This document shows, one piece after another, positions 48,673 to 59,825 of a stretch of DNA of 64,000 nt. Source of the DNA: Ostreococcus lucimarinus (lineage: Eukaryota); NCBI GenBank assembly GCA_000092065.1, contig CP000600.1. The stretch is one strand, 5' to 3'. The notes beneath the pieces were generated by a model. That model was not told the origin of the DNA, did no database searches, and was given only the letters and a program-made list of their open reading frames with translations. Made by a program: the position numbers and the translations under genes. The stretch's first letter is position 1. Every line of letters starts with the position of its first letter.

Positions 48673-50157
48673 TCACGTTGCATCTTTCAGCATTTGCACG
48701 AGGTCGTGCTTGATTCTGTTCAACTTGGTGTTCTTTGTGATGAGTTCGTTTTCGACGTCTTGACGAACACTCTCGATTTGGTTCGCGTGACACTCTCGTT
48801 CTTCATCCAAAATGCGACGCCAATATTCATCTCTTTCCGCGCTCGCGCGCGCGGCGGCTTCGCGCGTCGCGTCCCCTATTTCTAACCGCATCACTTCCGT
48901 CGCGTCGTCGTGCGTCAGGTGCATCATTTTCAAGTTCAACGAGAGTCGCTCGTGTTCAGCTTGAAGCATCGCGAGTTCTTTGCGATGTTCACCTCCGATC
49001 GCCTCCAGTCGTCTCGTGAGCTGCGCAACGCGAACTTCAGCGCGATCGAGTCGTTCTTTCAATTCTCGCGACGCCCCTTTGTTACCGAGCGAAACGGTGC
49101 TCGGTGATGTTTTTGAACGAGATTCGCTTGCTTCCAAAGCCGCCGCGGCAACAGCTTCACGCTTCTCCGCGCGTTCAGCGCGATGTTGCGTTTCCAACAG
49201 CCGCGCGCCGACGTCTTGAAGCTCAGCTCTCGTCGTCGTCAACGCCTCGAGCGCGCACTCGAGCTCTAAAACTAACATTTTATTCCCCGTGCCACCTTCG
49301 CCGACGCCGACTGCCGCGTCGTTCGGACGCATTTGCTTTAATGTCTCCGCCGCGTTTTTCCATTCGAGCGCTTCCGCCTTCGCGCTCGTCAAAGCCTCAT
49401 TCAGCGCCGTCGTTTCTTCCGCCAAGCCATTAGCCTCCGATTTCGACTTCGCGAGCGCCTGGCGCAAGTCACTGATCTCCGCCGTCAACAGCGCGTGCGC
49501 CTCGTCGTGATCTCGCAGTCTCCGCGCGCTCGACTCCGTCTCCGCTTGTAAGCGCGCCAACAACGCCTCCCGCATCGTCGCCTCTGACTTGGCCGCCTCT
49601 AACACCGCATCCAGCGTTCTAAAGTCCTCCAGCACCGCCTCCGCGTCCGCGAGCGTCATCTTCACCCCTCCCTCGCTCGCCGTCTTCCCCTCCCTCGCCC
49701 GCTCGACGAAGCGTTCCAGCGCGCGCCGCTCCCCTCCCCGTTCCGCCGCCGCGTACGCCGAAACCATCCTCGTCCCTCCCATCGCGTCCGCGCTCTCTCC
49801 GAAATCATCCCTCGCGCTCGTCTCGATCGTCGCGCACCCCGCCGCGGCTAAGATCAACCCGCGCGTTCGCGCGCGCTCCTCCTCTCGCCGTCTTCGCTCG
49901 GCGTCGAGCGCGCTCGTCGCCCGCAGCGCGTTCGTCTCCGCCTCCACCAACCGCGCGCGCGCGCGCGCCAGCTCATCGACGTCCTCCGCGCGAACGTCCG
50001 TCTCCCGCGCGTCCCCGCGTCCCGCGCGCGCGTCCACCGTCGCATCCGTCGCGTCGTCGTCGCCGAATGAAATCCACGCCTGTCGCGCGTCCCGCGCCGT
50101 CGCGCCCTCGCGCGTCGTCCCCGCGTCGCCCGCGTCGCCGTCGTCGCTCGCGGACAT
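48673..50157 (-). CDS. Coiled-coil protein
   Basis: ORF 48673..50247 begins on TTG. The first ATG is at 50157..50155 (MSASDDGD...). It is heptad-rich throughout and ends ...LVQMLKDAT. Confidence 0.55.
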   Translation of the reverse strand: MSASDDGDAGDAGTTREGATARDARQAWISFGDDDATDATVDARAGRGDARETDVRAEDVDELARARARLVEAETNALRATSALDAERRRREEERARTRGLILAAAGCATIETSARDDFGESADAMGGTRMVSAYAAAERGGERRALERFVERAREGKTASEGGVKMTLADAEAVLEDFRTLDAVLEAAKSEATMREALLARLQAETESSARRLRDHDEAHALLTAEISDLRQALAKSKSEANGLAEETTALNEALTSAKAEALEWKNAAETLKQMRPNDAAVGVGEGGTGNKMLVLELECALEALTTTRAELQDVGARLLETQHRAERAEKREAVAAAALEASESRSKTSPSTVSLGNKGASRELKERLDRAEVRVAQLTRRLEAIGGEHRKELAMLQAEHERLSLNLKMMHLTHDDATEVMRLEIGDATREAAARASAERDEYWRRILDEERECHANQIESVRQDVENELITKNTKLNRIKHDLVQMLKDAT

Positions 50158-50305
50158 TATCGCGGACGCGCGCGCGGTCGCACGTCGCGCGCGCGGTCGC
50201 GATCTCGCGCGATCGACGCGCGATCGAGTGCGGATTGATGAATTCAAAATCGCGCCGCGTCAGTCGGCGACGCGACGGTTGGCGTCGCGAATCGCGTCGC
50301 CCGCG

Positions 50306-51997
50306 ATGCTCGCGAGGGCGCTCGCGCGCGCGCGCGGGCGCGAGCGCGGCGAAAAATTTCGCATCGATCTGCGACCGGTCGATCTGACGTGGCGCGCGAT
50401 CGACGACGACGACGACGCGCGATCGCGATTTCGCGTGCGATGGTCGCGCGGGGCCAAGGTGCAGCGCACGACGACGGCGACGGCGACGGCGGGACGCGCG
50501 AACTGGGAGACGACGAGCGAGGACGGGGGGTGGACGACGGCGGTGGTGACGCTGCGACGGCGCGCGGCGCGCGACGGAGGGACGACGTTCGAGGCGAAGG
50601 CGTTCGACGTGAAGGCGGAGCGGGCGCGCGGCGACGGCGACGGCGAGGACGACGCGTTCGCGACGACGGCGAAGGCGAGCGTGGATTTCGCGAGATTCGC
50701 GACCGTGGAGACGGGAGGAGGATTGGGAGGGGAGGAGGCGTGCGTGATGACGCTGACGGTGAAGGATGGCGCGCGAGGCGTGGGAGGGGCGAAAACGATG
50801 ACGCTGCGGTGCCGAATACGGGCGACGTGGTTGAAGAATTACGCGAACGCGTCGGCGGACGGTGCGACGGAGCTGAGCATGGTGAGCGGCTTGGAGAGCG
50901 AGAGCTCCGCAGTGACGGATGCGACGCCTCCGAATCTGTTGCGAGAACAAGATTTAAGCGGATTTCAACAGCTTTTGAGCCCGGTGGCGGAGAGCGTTTC
51001 GCCCGTAATCGTGCGGCAGAGCGAGCGTCGCGAAGAACAGGCGCGTGCGGAGCTCGAGGCGCAGCGACGACTCAATGCGGACATGGAGGTGAGACTTGAG
51101 GCAGTGAGAAATGAACTCGAGAAGACGAAAGAAGAGCTCGCGACGCAGCGACGCGCGGTCGAGAACGAGTCGGCTCGCGCTCAATCAGAAATAGCGGCGG
51201 CGAAGGAGGAGGCGCAGAAAACGCTGCGCGAGAAGGAGCGCGCCATCGACAGAGTTCTTTCTGACATCGCGGCGATTGAAAAGGAACGGAACGCGGCTGT
51301 GCGAGCGAGTAAGGATCAAGGTTTTCATATCGAAGCTTTGGAACGTTCTCTTCGAGAAAGAGACTCGGACATCGCGCGGTTGAAGAGTCTAAAAGACACA
51401 GACGAAGCTACGGCGACGCTGGAGGCCGAGCGAATCGCACATTCGCGCGAGATTGAGCGATATAAATCGCAGTTGGACGCCGCGGACACACAGATCGAAA
51501 CATTGAGCAGAAGTCATAAGAACGCGCACGCTGCATTTCAGCGAAAATTAGATTCGCAGCTGAAACTTCGCGCTGAAGCCGAGAAGGTCTTCGAACGCGA
51601 GTTGGAGCAAAAGCACGTCGAGTGCGATGACTTGCGTCAGCAGTGCTCAAACATTGTCGCAGAAACTACCGCACTCACCACGGCATTGAAGCGTTCCGCG
51701 GATGAGCAGCACCGCGCGTCGACGAACACGGCAAAGGCGGAAGCCGCGCAGGCAAAGTGTGACTTGCGAGCCGTCTCCGAGGAGCTGTGCGACGTGCGTA
51801 AGGTTCTCGATGCGCATGTTATCGAGTTAGTCGAGGCAAAGTTGAATTTGGCCGAGTCGCAAGGCTCGCAGCTCGTATTGCGCCGAGAGTTGGCTCGTAC
51901 CAAAGGCAAGCTTACAGAATATGCAGCGCGCTGCACGCGCATGGAGAGTATGTACGCGACTATTATCGATGAATCTACCGGCACTACAGAAACTTAG
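50306..51997 (+). CDS. Protein with a putative N-terminal C2-like (NT-C2/EEIG1-type) domain followed by a long coiled coil
   Basis: In-frame ATG at 50306 (residue 240 of ORF 49589..51997). N-terminal ...KFRIDLRPVDLTW...FEAKAFDVK...MTLTVKDG...MTLRCRIRATWLK resembles NT-C2. About 330 aa of E/R/K/A coiled coil follow. Upstream ORF residues are antisense to the neighbouring gene. Confidence 0.5.
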   Translation: MLARALARARGRERGEKFRIDLRPVDLTWRAIDDDDDARSRFRVRWSRGAKVQRTTTATATAGRANWETTSEDGGWTTAVVTLRRRAARDGGTTFEAKAFDVKAERARGDGDGEDDAFATTAKASVDFARFATVETGGGLGGEEACVMTLTVKDGARGVGGAKTMTLRCRIRATWLKNYANASADGATELSMVSGLESESSAVTDATPPNLLREQDLSGFQQLLSPVAESVSPVIVRQSERREEQARAELEAQRRLNADMEVRLEAVRNELEKTKEELATQRRAVENESARAQSEIAAAKEEAQKTLREKERAIDRVLSDIAAIEKERNAAVRASKDQGFHIEALERSLRERDSDIARLKSLKDTDEATATLEAERIAHSREIERYKSQLDAADTQIETLSRSHKNAHAAFQRKLDSQLKLRAEAEKVFERELEQKHVECDDLRQQCSNIVAETTALTTALKRSADEQHRASTNTAKAEAAQAKCDLRAVSEELCDVRKVLDAHVIELVEAKLNLAESQGSQLVLRRELARTKGKLTEYAARCTRMESMYATIIDESTGTTET

Positions 51998-52054
51998 CTA
52001 AGAATTAGTATTCATTGTGGAAACAATTGTTTTCGACTCTACTGCGTGGTTTCT

Positions 52055-55000
52055 CTATCGTGCGCCAGAGGACGCACATCCCGTCGTGGAGGCGCTGTAG
52101 CCTTCGTTACACGTGCAGGTCGGTACGTTCGCATCGTTAAGCCCGCAAGTTCCGAAACCAGAACACGTCGTTCCCGCCGCGACGTCGTATCCAGGGCATT
52201 TGATGACGCAATAATCTCCAAGTTCGGTGGTGGTAGTGTCGAAAATCCCAGCGCACGTGACGCGCAGCTGCGCCGGATCTTGCTTGCACGCATCGCCCAA
52301 ACTCGCGTCTGGATCGCCGGTGAGGTACCATTTGCCCTTACACACACTCGGCCGCATGCTTTCGTAAAGCTCATCGAGGTACGCGACAGAGTAATCGTTT
52401 TTGTATTGTCTGTAGTAGTTGAACAGCGAGATTTGACGTTGTTCTTCGGCATTCACGTCCACAAACGTCCCGATACCAAACGAATCGAACCGAATGGACT
52501 CGCCCACAACTGTGGCCGAAGGATCCACTGCTTCTTGAACGTAATAGTCGGCTCGCACCAAAATTTCTGTGAGCGACGCCAAGCACCAAGCAAGATCGCT
52601 AAATGTGGCAGGGTTACCAGTCCGCGATAGACGGTTCGCCACAACTGCCTCGTAAACCTCTGGATAAACATCAAAGTCGAGGCGATCTCGCGCAATCTCT
52701 CTACCACTCGATTGCTGTAGTACTGTACCACCATCACTTCGACCAGTCGTATCTGTGACGATGGGTATGTCTGCAGCTAAGTTAAGCGTCGCCGCCGTCA
52801 AACCGGAAAATGGGTCATAGGGATTACCTGAGGTTCGAGTGGTGTAGACCGTTCCGTCCATGTAATGCACAGCGGGATCATTCGACCACTTGAACCCTGA
52901 AAGGACTGGCTCCAGGTTTTTCCATCCTGCACTTTCCAAGAGATCAACCTTGAAATTCAAACCGCATCTCGCCGCAGAGCAAGACGTCGGCGGATACCCC
53001 TTTTGATCAGAGTCAATTTTATATCCAAGAAAGACTTGCGGTGTGTTGAGGTACTGTTCCACGATTGCTATGGTCTGCGCACGCGAGAGTTGCTGATTCA
53101 GCCCGAGCTCTGGGAAATTTGTTCGGCTCCAATTATACACTTGATCGCGAGAACCCCACACTGGCACTTCGCGGTTGTACCGCGGTCGACCGCCCATGAG
53201 AATGATATCGTACGCCGATGTTTGATGCGCCTCCACATGCGCGGTCCCCGCGTTTGCCGCAGAATTTGCCGCTGACTCCACCATATACAATGAATACGTT
53301 ATCGAAGCGCCGTATGCATTTTTACTCAGCAAATCACCCGTGAATTTTTCGGGTGCGCGCAAGTACGCGAGTCCGTTCGTGGAATCGTCCGTCAACTTGT
53401 CCGTGAGGTGTAGATATCCGCTTATCCCTTCCCAGAGTAACCCGCTGTCGCCACCTGCGAACGCAAAATTGCACTCTCCGCGCATCAATTGCTCCGAATT
53501 GATCGCGAACGGGTCGTAGACATTGCCAGATAAAATTGATTCGGCGAGCTCACCCGAGCACGAATTATTGTACACCGTCCAGCCCTCTGGTCCCTCCGTG
53601 AATTCAGATTTGACGATGAATGAAGAAGCCTCGGGCCGAGAGCAGTCGACAAACGACCAACCATCTTGACATGCACACGATCCGTCCATCTGACAGTAGC
53701 CATTAACGCAAGGGTTACATTGAACATCGCAAGACAACCCAGTCCAACCGACGTCGCATTTGCACGTACCGTCGGTGAGGCAAGCGCCGTGATCGTAATT
53801 GCATGGGAGACATTCCGTAAAATTTCGAATGTCACAAGTCGTGCCCAACCATCCTTTATTGCAAAGGCAAGTGCTGTCTGCTTGGCACGCGCCGTTGTGG
53901 CACGGAGCACAGGGTACGAAACAATCTTCGCCAGAATATTGTACCCCTCCATCGTCGGTACCGCACACGCAAGTCCCGTCTCGCTTGCAGAATCCCCATG
54001 ATCGAATCTGCACTCCGTGTGCGGTCGTTTTGATGACTTCGGAAACACTACCATCTTCATTTGTGGCGTACTCTTTGAAGCAATTGCAGGACTTGTCACA
54101 CCTTTCTCCGTACCAACCGGTTTCACATTCGCACTTGCCATTCAGTTGACACGTCCCGTGATCTGGATCACACGCGTCGCACGCAATGGAACATGTTGTT
54201 CCCGTATAGGCGCCTGTTAATCCGGAATTCACACCGTGGATAAGCGTATTGATGATCCAAATCATTGTACGATCCGCGCCTGTCGTGCGCGTGGTCACAT
54301 ATTCTCCACTAGTCGCATCGTACATACCCGCTAGGAAGACGTTCATCAAACGCTGTCGCTCGTCTTTACTGTTTGTGTACCAGCGCTCCTGATCGGATGA
54401 CTCTGTCGCTATTTTTAGATCTACTCGAGTGGCTCCGATTGCTTCTTTACGCATCCGTAAGAAATGCGCCTTCAATGCGTCGTCGCAGTCCCAAGGATTG
54501 GCAGCTTCCCAGTCGTCGCCGCAGTTTGTGGTCGACGCGAGCGAAGCCATGCATTCGCCCGTCGTTGCGTCATTTTTATAGTCCAATTTCGAACAGATAT
54601 CGTCCGCGCGCATTGATTCGGGGATGTTGACAATGTCGTTTTGATACTGCAGAAGCTGCGCCTCGAGTGCGGTGCGAGTGGCTGCCCCAACGGCGTCAGC
54701 GGCGGTGGTTACACCGTACCGAAAGTACGTTTCATTTGGTCTGAAGGGTAACTTGGAATCAATTGTGCGGCTCGCGCAGTCAGGGCGATCAGCGCATACG
54801 GAATCGACGCCCCAGACGTAGTCTTCCACTTGAATCGCACTCATGTAATAAGGAGGAATGTACTCTCCCGAAGCTAGTTCACCGTTGGTTGCGTAATGTG
54901 GATCGCGATCAAGACGCAGAGCGAATGAGTGATCTCTAAGCCGTCTCGTTCCGTCGCACAGGCAACTACCGTCGTACTGACACGTGCCGTGAACACACGG

Positions 55001-58000
55001 CTCGCACGGTGTTAGGCAACGATACCCAGTCCAGCCATCGGCGCAGTCGCATGTACCCGTGGTCGAATTGCAGACGCCATTTCCCGAACACGGTGCGCAC
55101 GGGATGTCGCAAGTGGACCCGGCCCAACCTTGCCAATATTCATCGTAAACTTTCGATGTTAATGACTGTGAGCTTGGGAATTCACTTCTCCCCACGCTTA
55201 AGGCGTCGCACACGCAATATCCGCCAGTGATGGGCATTTGTGGCCCAGTTGTACTATCATCTGGAGCGCACACGGCGCCCGCGATAATCCCCCACTCAGT
55301 GTGTGACTTCAAGGCAGTGGGGTCCCGAATTATCGATCCATCCACTCGTTTCTCCACGTAAGGCATCGCGACGAGGTATTCGCCACCTTGACATGTGCCA
55401 TCAGCTACCAAAGTGCCCGAACATCCGTATCCACCGACTCCGTTTGGATCAACATTCGTCCAAGGCTGTCCCGTGCCCGCGACCATGGAGAAACCCGGAG
55501 CACACGTTGCGTTTACATACTCACCATTCATGGAACACGGATGCTTGATTGCACACGTGTGGTATGCCGCATCATAAAATAAGGACGATGTACCGCCAAT
55601 ATCAGCGGATTCGAACACACCATTGGAGCCTCCGGTCCACCACGGGTACGGAGTCACCGCAGCCGTACGGCCGACATCCGCCGTCGAACGCGTCGCAGGT
55701 TGCCAAATGTAACCGTAGTCGCAAACACACTCGCCGTCGTCCTGACAAGTCCCGAAGGCGCATGCGTCACATGCTTTGTTACAGTCACGTCCTCTACTGA
55801 CACTCCCGTCTGCGAGACGATTGACTTGCGGTAAGCCTGTCCAACCCGGTTTGCACACGACTTCCGTCATCCACGGATCTCCAAAGTCCGCATCGTTTGC
55901 GTCTTTCATGACGCATACGCCGTTTGCGGCGTTATACGAATAAGGACAAATGTAGTTGCACATCGGGCCCGTGAAGCCCTCGTTACATTCACACGTCACC
56001 GTGGTGCCAAGTAAGCCAAGTCCGTCCAATGCGCCGTTCAAGTTTCTCGTTCCTCGACTCAAGTAGATATCATCACCACACTCGATGTTGCAGTCGTTGC
56101 CAGAGTACCCTGCGTTACACACGCACGCGCCTGTCGGTCCACACGTCCCATGGACACATGGTACGCAAGTGATCGAGCAGTCTGCACCAGTAAATCCCGG
56201 AGAGCACACACAGTTGCCGTGCGTACCGTTGAATACGCAAGTGCCAAATGCGGAGCACGTGGCACATTGAACTTCGCAATAATCTCCGGTCCATCCGTCT
56301 TCGCAGTTGCAAAATGCAATTTCTCGTCCATCTGGACTCGTGTACTCGTGTACATCTGTCGTGTTGAATAACCCAGTCGAAGTCGCGTTTGGAAATCGAT
56401 CGGTCACCGTTGCGACTTCTTCGGACGTCAGGTACCTCACGGCCCCGTTCCCGTTACATGCCTGCGAACAATCTGCGCCTGTGTAACCAGGAAAGCACGA
56501 GCATGTTGCATTTTCAGTACACTCACCAAAGCCACAATCGGGACACGGTAAGTTGCACGTCGCTCCCGCCCGCACAAGTTTCCCATCCGCGCCCGCAAGA
56601 CATTTGCACAACGTCGTGATATTGTTTTCCTGATATGCCAAGGCGGCATCCTCACGCGCAGATTGATCCCCTATAGTCGTATCGGTATAGATTTCCATCA
56701 GTTTGTCTTTGATACCTGCAGCAAGCTCTGGTGGGGGGTAGCACTCTCCGTACGTACCACACTCGACAGTACATCCAATAGTGCAGTCGGCGCCGGTGTA
56801 GCCAGGATTGCAAATACAAATACCCTCACCTGATGCATCGGCACCGCAGGTACCTTGTTGCGCCAAGGGTTCCGTTGCGCAAGGACACTCTTGTGTGCAC
56901 GATGAACCGGAATATCCTAAAGAGCACGTACACTGCGGTTCCTTCAAAGTGTACTCCTTAGTCGCGGCGTTCCACGATGCCTCTGACGTCGCGGTGAGAG
57001 AGCATGTACCAGTTTCGGCTGAGCATGCGCCACAAACGACGCTGCAGTCTCTCCCAGTAAAGCCAACGTTACACTCACATACATTTGTAGAGGAGTTGTA
57101 GGTACCGTGCGCGTTGCACTCGATCCCACAGTTGCTACCTGAAAAACTATCGATGCAGTCGCATGTCTGGGTCGGACGATCGTACGTGCCGCGCTCCGAA
57201 CACACGTGCGTTTCGCACGCATCACCAGAGTATTCGGACTCTACCGCGGGCGGAATAATAGTGCAACTGCATACAGCGGAGTTCTTTCCGCGCTTACCGT
57301 TATTGTTGCAAAACAACGGATCGGTGATGAGTTCGTCGTACAAAGCATCGCCGACGCGAGAAGATTCTTGCACGTCAACGTTCGCAGTTGCCGTGACGGA
57401 ATTACCGGAAGAATCCGTGAGTGTGAAGTTAAACGCGCGAATTCCTGCTGTGAATTTAAGATTATTGGAGACTTGATCTCCCCCTCCTTCATACTGCGAT
57501 CCTGTCACTTGTTCCACGCTTCCTTCGTTGTGGTAACGAATGGTGCCGATAACTTTACAGTAGTTTGTCACGCTGTCGTAGTTTGAAAGCAATAATCTCT
57601 TTTGCGTGGAGTCCCATGCCGATGCGATGCTCGTTCCCGTGGTGTCTGCGGAAATATATTCGGCCGCACCGTCTGGAAGACTCCCAACATCAACGTTCGC
57701 AATGGCGGCGCTTGCGAGGACGACGTCGTCATCGTCACCGCACGCGTATTCCACATCAGTCAGCCTCACCCCAATCATACGCTCTTTCTCCGTTAACACC
57801 ACTGAGTACGTTTGTCCGTCTCGCGGTCCGTTCAAATCGAGCACAGGCGCCGCGTTTGTCCGACTCATCTTGATCGTCGCCAACGCTGGCGCGCTCATCC
57901 GCCCGGACGCATCCGTAACGATCGCCGTCACTCCTCGTGGTGTCATCGCGATGTTCTCTCCGTTGTGCACGTACGTGAGCGTTTTAAGCGTGTTCAATAT

Positions 58001-58420
58001 CGACGTCGTGCTATACGATTCCACCTCATCCGACGCGTAATTTTCGCTCCTCACGCTCAACGTCCAAGTCGTCGCATCGTACGTAACCGTCGTCCTTCCC
58101 TCATCCCCAATTGGTACCGTCGCCGCCAGCACCTCCTTCGCGCCGTCCATCGCGTTCACTATTTTTACACTCGCGCTGACGATCGCGCTCGCTGGCGTGC
58201 CCTCCGTCACCGTCGTCGAAGACGTCGCCAGCGTGAGCGCCGCGTCGCCCTCCAGATACGTCACCCGCCGCGCGACGGCGCTCTGGAATGTCACCACGGG
58301 CGGCGCCACGGTCACCGCACTCGCGCGCATGGATGTCCCACAAAGTGTTACGGCTACCACGCCGAGTGTCAGCGCGAGAGCGCGCGTGAGCGAGCGCTGC
58401 GCGCGCGTTTTCGAACCCAT
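52055..58420 (-). CDS. Giant secreted protein (2121 aa) dominated by EGF-like / laminin-EGF-like cysteine repeats, tenascin-like
   Basis: Signal peptide MGSKTRAQRSLTRALALTLGVVAVTLCGTSMRASA. Dozens of C..C....G.TG..C repeats (for example CNVGFTGRDCSVVC, CSPGFTGADCSITC, CDVGWTGLSCDVQCNPC). Ig/cadherin-like beta-rich N-terminal region. No C-terminal transmembrane segment. Confidence 0.75.
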   Translation of the reverse strand: MGSKTRAQRSLTRALALTLGVVAVTLCGTSMRASAVTVAPPVVTFQSAVARRVTYLEGDAALTLATSSTTVTEGTPASAIVSASVKIVNAMDGAKEVLAATVPIGDEGRTTVTYDATTWTLSVRSENYASDEVESYSTTSILNTLKTLTYVHNGENIAMTPRGVTAIVTDASGRMSAPALATIKMSRTNAAPVLDLNGPRDGQTYSVVLTEKERMIGVRLTDVEYACGDDDDVVLASAAIANVDVGSLPDGAAEYISADTTGTSIASAWDSTQKRLLLSNYDSVTNYCKVIGTIRYHNEGSVEQVTGSQYEGGGDQVSNNLKFTAGIRAFNFTLTDSSGNSVTATANVDVQESSRVGDALYDELITDPLFCNNNGKRGKNSAVCSCTIIPPAVESEYSGDACETHVCSERGTYDRPTQTCDCIDSFSGSNCGIECNAHGTYNSSTNVCECNVGFTGRDCSVVCGACSAETGTCSLTATSEASWNAATKEYTLKEPQCTCSLGYSGSSCTQECPCATEPLAQQGTCGADASGEGICICNPGYTGADCTIGCTVECGTYGECYPPPELAAGIKDKLMEIYTDTTIGDQSAREDAALAYQENNITTLCKCLAGADGKLVRAGATCNLPCPDCGFGECTENATCSCFPGYTGADCSQACNGNGAVRYLTSEEVATVTDRFPNATSTGLFNTTDVHEYTSPDGREIAFCNCEDGWTGDYCEVQCATCSAFGTCVFNGTHGNCVCSPGFTGADCSITCVPCVHGTCGPTGACVCNAGYSGNDCNIECGDDIYLSRGTRNLNGALDGLGLLGTTVTCECNEGFTGPMCNYICPYSYNAANGVCVMKDANDADFGDPWMTEVVCKPGWTGLPQVNRLADGSVSRGRDCNKACDACAFGTCQDDGECVCDYGYIWQPATRSTADVGRTAAVTPYPWWTGGSNGVFESADIGGTSSLFYDAAYHTCAIKHPCSMNGEYVNATCAPGFSMVAGTGQPWTNVDPNGVGGYGCSGTLVADGTCQGGEYLVAMPYVEKRVDGSIIRDPTALKSHTEWGIIAGAVCAPDDSTTGPQMPITGGYCVCDALSVGRSEFPSSQSLTSKVYDEYWQGWAGSTCDIPCAPCSGNGVCNSTTGTCDCADGWTGYRCLTPCEPCVHGTCQYDGSCLCDGTRRLRDHSFALRLDRDPHYATNGELASGEYIPPYYMSAIQVEDYVWGVDSVCADRPDCASRTIDSKLPFRPNETYFRYGVTTAADAVGAATRTALEAQLLQYQNDIVNIPESMRADDICSKLDYKNDATTGECMASLASTTNCGDDWEAANPWDCDDALKAHFLRMRKEAIGATRVDLKIATESSDQERWYTNSKDERQRLMNVFLAGMYDATSGEYVTTRTTGADRTMIWIINTLIHGVNSGLTGAYTGTTCSIACDACDPDHGTCQLNGKCECETGWYGERCDKSCNCFKEYATNEDGSVSEVIKTTAHGVQIRSWGFCKRDGTCVCGTDDGGVQYSGEDCFVPCAPCHNGACQADSTCLCNKGWLGTTCDIRNFTECLPCNYDHGACLTDGTCKCDVGWTGLSCDVQCNPCVNGYCQMDGSCACQDGWSFVDCSRPEASSFIVKSEFTEGPEGWTVYNNSCSGELAESILSGNVYDPFAINSEQLMRGECNFAFAGGDSGLLWEGISGYLHLTDKLTDDSTNGLAYLRAPEKFTGDLLSKNAYGASITYSLYMVESAANSAANAGTAHVEAHQTSAYDIILMGGRPRYNREVPVWGSRDQVYNWSRTNFPELGLNQQLSRAQTIAIVEQYLNTPQVFLGYKIDSDQKGYPPTSCSAARCGLNFKVDLLESAGWKNLEPVLSGFKWSNDPAVHYMDGTVYTTRTSGNPYDPFSGLTAATLNLAADIPIVTDTTGRSDGGTVLQQSSGREIARDRLDFDVYPEVYEAVVANRLSRTGNPATFSDLAWCLASLTEILVRADYYVQEAVDPSATVVGESIRFDSFGIGTFVDVNAEEQRQISLFNYYRQYKNDYSVAYLDELYESMRPSVCKGKWYLTGDPDASLGDACKQDPAQLRVTCAGIFDTTTTELGDYCVIKCPGYDVAAGTTCSGFGTCGLNDANVPTCTCNEGYSASTTGCASSGAR

Positions 58421-58760
58421 CGTGGCCGCGGGCGTTTAAATCACCAGGCGTTGGAAACGCGCGCGAGGCGTCGCGCAGAGGAAATTCGAGCGCCCGTACG
58501 CGCGGCACTGCGTCGAACGAATATGATTCCGCGAGTGTGCGGGATCAGACGCGCATCGCGCGCTTTCTAGACGCTTGAGACCGTCGCGCGTCGAGCGCTC
58601 GGCCGGAGTCGACGAGTGCGGTCTCGGCGAACCGAACGAAAAGTCGAAACGTGCGAAACGGCGAACACTCGTGAATTCCAACGTCGAGTGATTACGTCGA
58701 GTGATTAATTTATAACGCTATCTATTCATAACCGCTATCGATATGGCATATGGCATATCG

Positions 58761-59489
58761 CTATTTCAAGTACGTCTTCCCCGAGTACCGCCCGTTGTGC
58801 GTGTTGTTTTTCGCGTCCAAGCCTCCGTCCGCCTTCAAGTCTCGTATCCACACCTGAATCGGCGCCGATAACTCCTTCCCCAACCCGCTCGCCTCCGTCA
58901 CCGTTCGTATGAACCGCACCCTGCGTTCGGCCCTGGCTAGCGTTTTCCACGGCTCGCTCCGCGTCCCCAGCCACGCGTCGCTACCGTTGAACTCGTTGAC
59001 GTAAAACTCGTACGCGTATCCCACGCTCTCTCGCAAATCGTACCGCACCACGTCGTGATACAGCGACATGCACGTCTCCATCTCCACGTCACACGTCGCC
59101 AACCGCGCCCTCACCTCATCGTCCGTGCACGATTCGTAACACACCGCCGCCGCGTTTCGCACGCACGTCAAGTTTCCCGTCTCGCACGTCGCGCAAATCC
59201 CGCAGTACGCGCACTCGCTCGTCGACGCCGTCACGTCGTCCGCCTCGTACGCCGTGTTCGGGTCCCAAATCTGCGTCGAGTACTCGATGTTCGACGGCTC
59301 GCAGAACCACCCGTACGGCCCGACCTCGCACGTCGTCGCGTCGTTCGGGCTGTACGTCGTTCGGTAGAAGCTCGCCTCCTCCGCCGCCGTCGTCGCGCGC
59401 GTCGTCGTCGCTTCGAGCGCGAGCGCCGCGAGCGCCGCGACGAGCGCGCGCGTCGCCGTTCGCGTCGCCGTCGCGCGCCGTCGCGCCAT
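58761..59489 (-). CDS. Small secreted cysteine-rich protein
   Basis: In-frame ATG at 59489 (residue 312 of ORF 58761..60422). MARRRATATRTATRALVAALAALALEA is a signal peptide. Mature part ...TTCEVGPYGWFCEPS...CAYCGICATCETGNLTCVRNAAAVCYESC...CDVEMETC... has about 14 Cys. Upstream ORF residues are GC artefact. Confidence 0.5.
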   Translation of the reverse strand: MARRRATATRTATRALVAALAALALEATTTRATTAAEEASFYRTTYSPNDATTCEVGPYGWFCEPSNIEYSTQIWDPNTAYEADDVTASTSECAYCGICATCETGNLTCVRNAAAVCYESCTDDEVRARLATCDVEMETCMSLYHDVVRYDLRESVGYAYEFYVNEFNGSDAWLGTRSEPWKTLARAERRVRFIRTVTEASGLGKELSAPIQVWIRDLKADGGLDAKNNTHNGRYSGKTYLK

Positions 59490-59825
59490 CGCGTCGCGCG
59501 CCGCGCGTCGCGGTCCGTCGCGCGCCCGCGGCTCGGTCTCACGACCGGGACAGGTACCACACGGATCATTCGTCCACAATCTCGCGCGCGCGGCGCGATC
59601 GTCGGCAGTGCGCGCGCGCGGCGACGCGCGGCGCGACGACGCGCGCGCGAACGGCGACGCGTCGAAACGCGCTCGCGTCGACGCGCGCGATCGCGGCGAC
59701 GCGGACGCGGACGCGCGCGGAGACACGCGAAAAGAAGGACGAACGCGGTGGACGATCGGCACCGCGCGCGACATCTTGCGACGGCGACGGCGATAGACGC
59801 GAGCGCGAGGCGAGCGCGAGGCGCG

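Noticed and set aside
49854-51099. ORFs 49973..50950(-), 50389..51099(+), 50067..50387(+)
   Set aside because: They are alternate-frame or antisense to the coiled-coil and NT-C2 genes, with R/G-rich nonsense products.
58650-58760. Short AT-rich direct repeats (ataaccgctatc / tataacgctatc; atatggcatatggcatat) between the EGF-giant start and the Cys-rich gene stop
   Set aside because: These are probably just AT-rich 3'-UTR / polyadenylation and promoter sequence. They are too short and degenerate to call a structured element.
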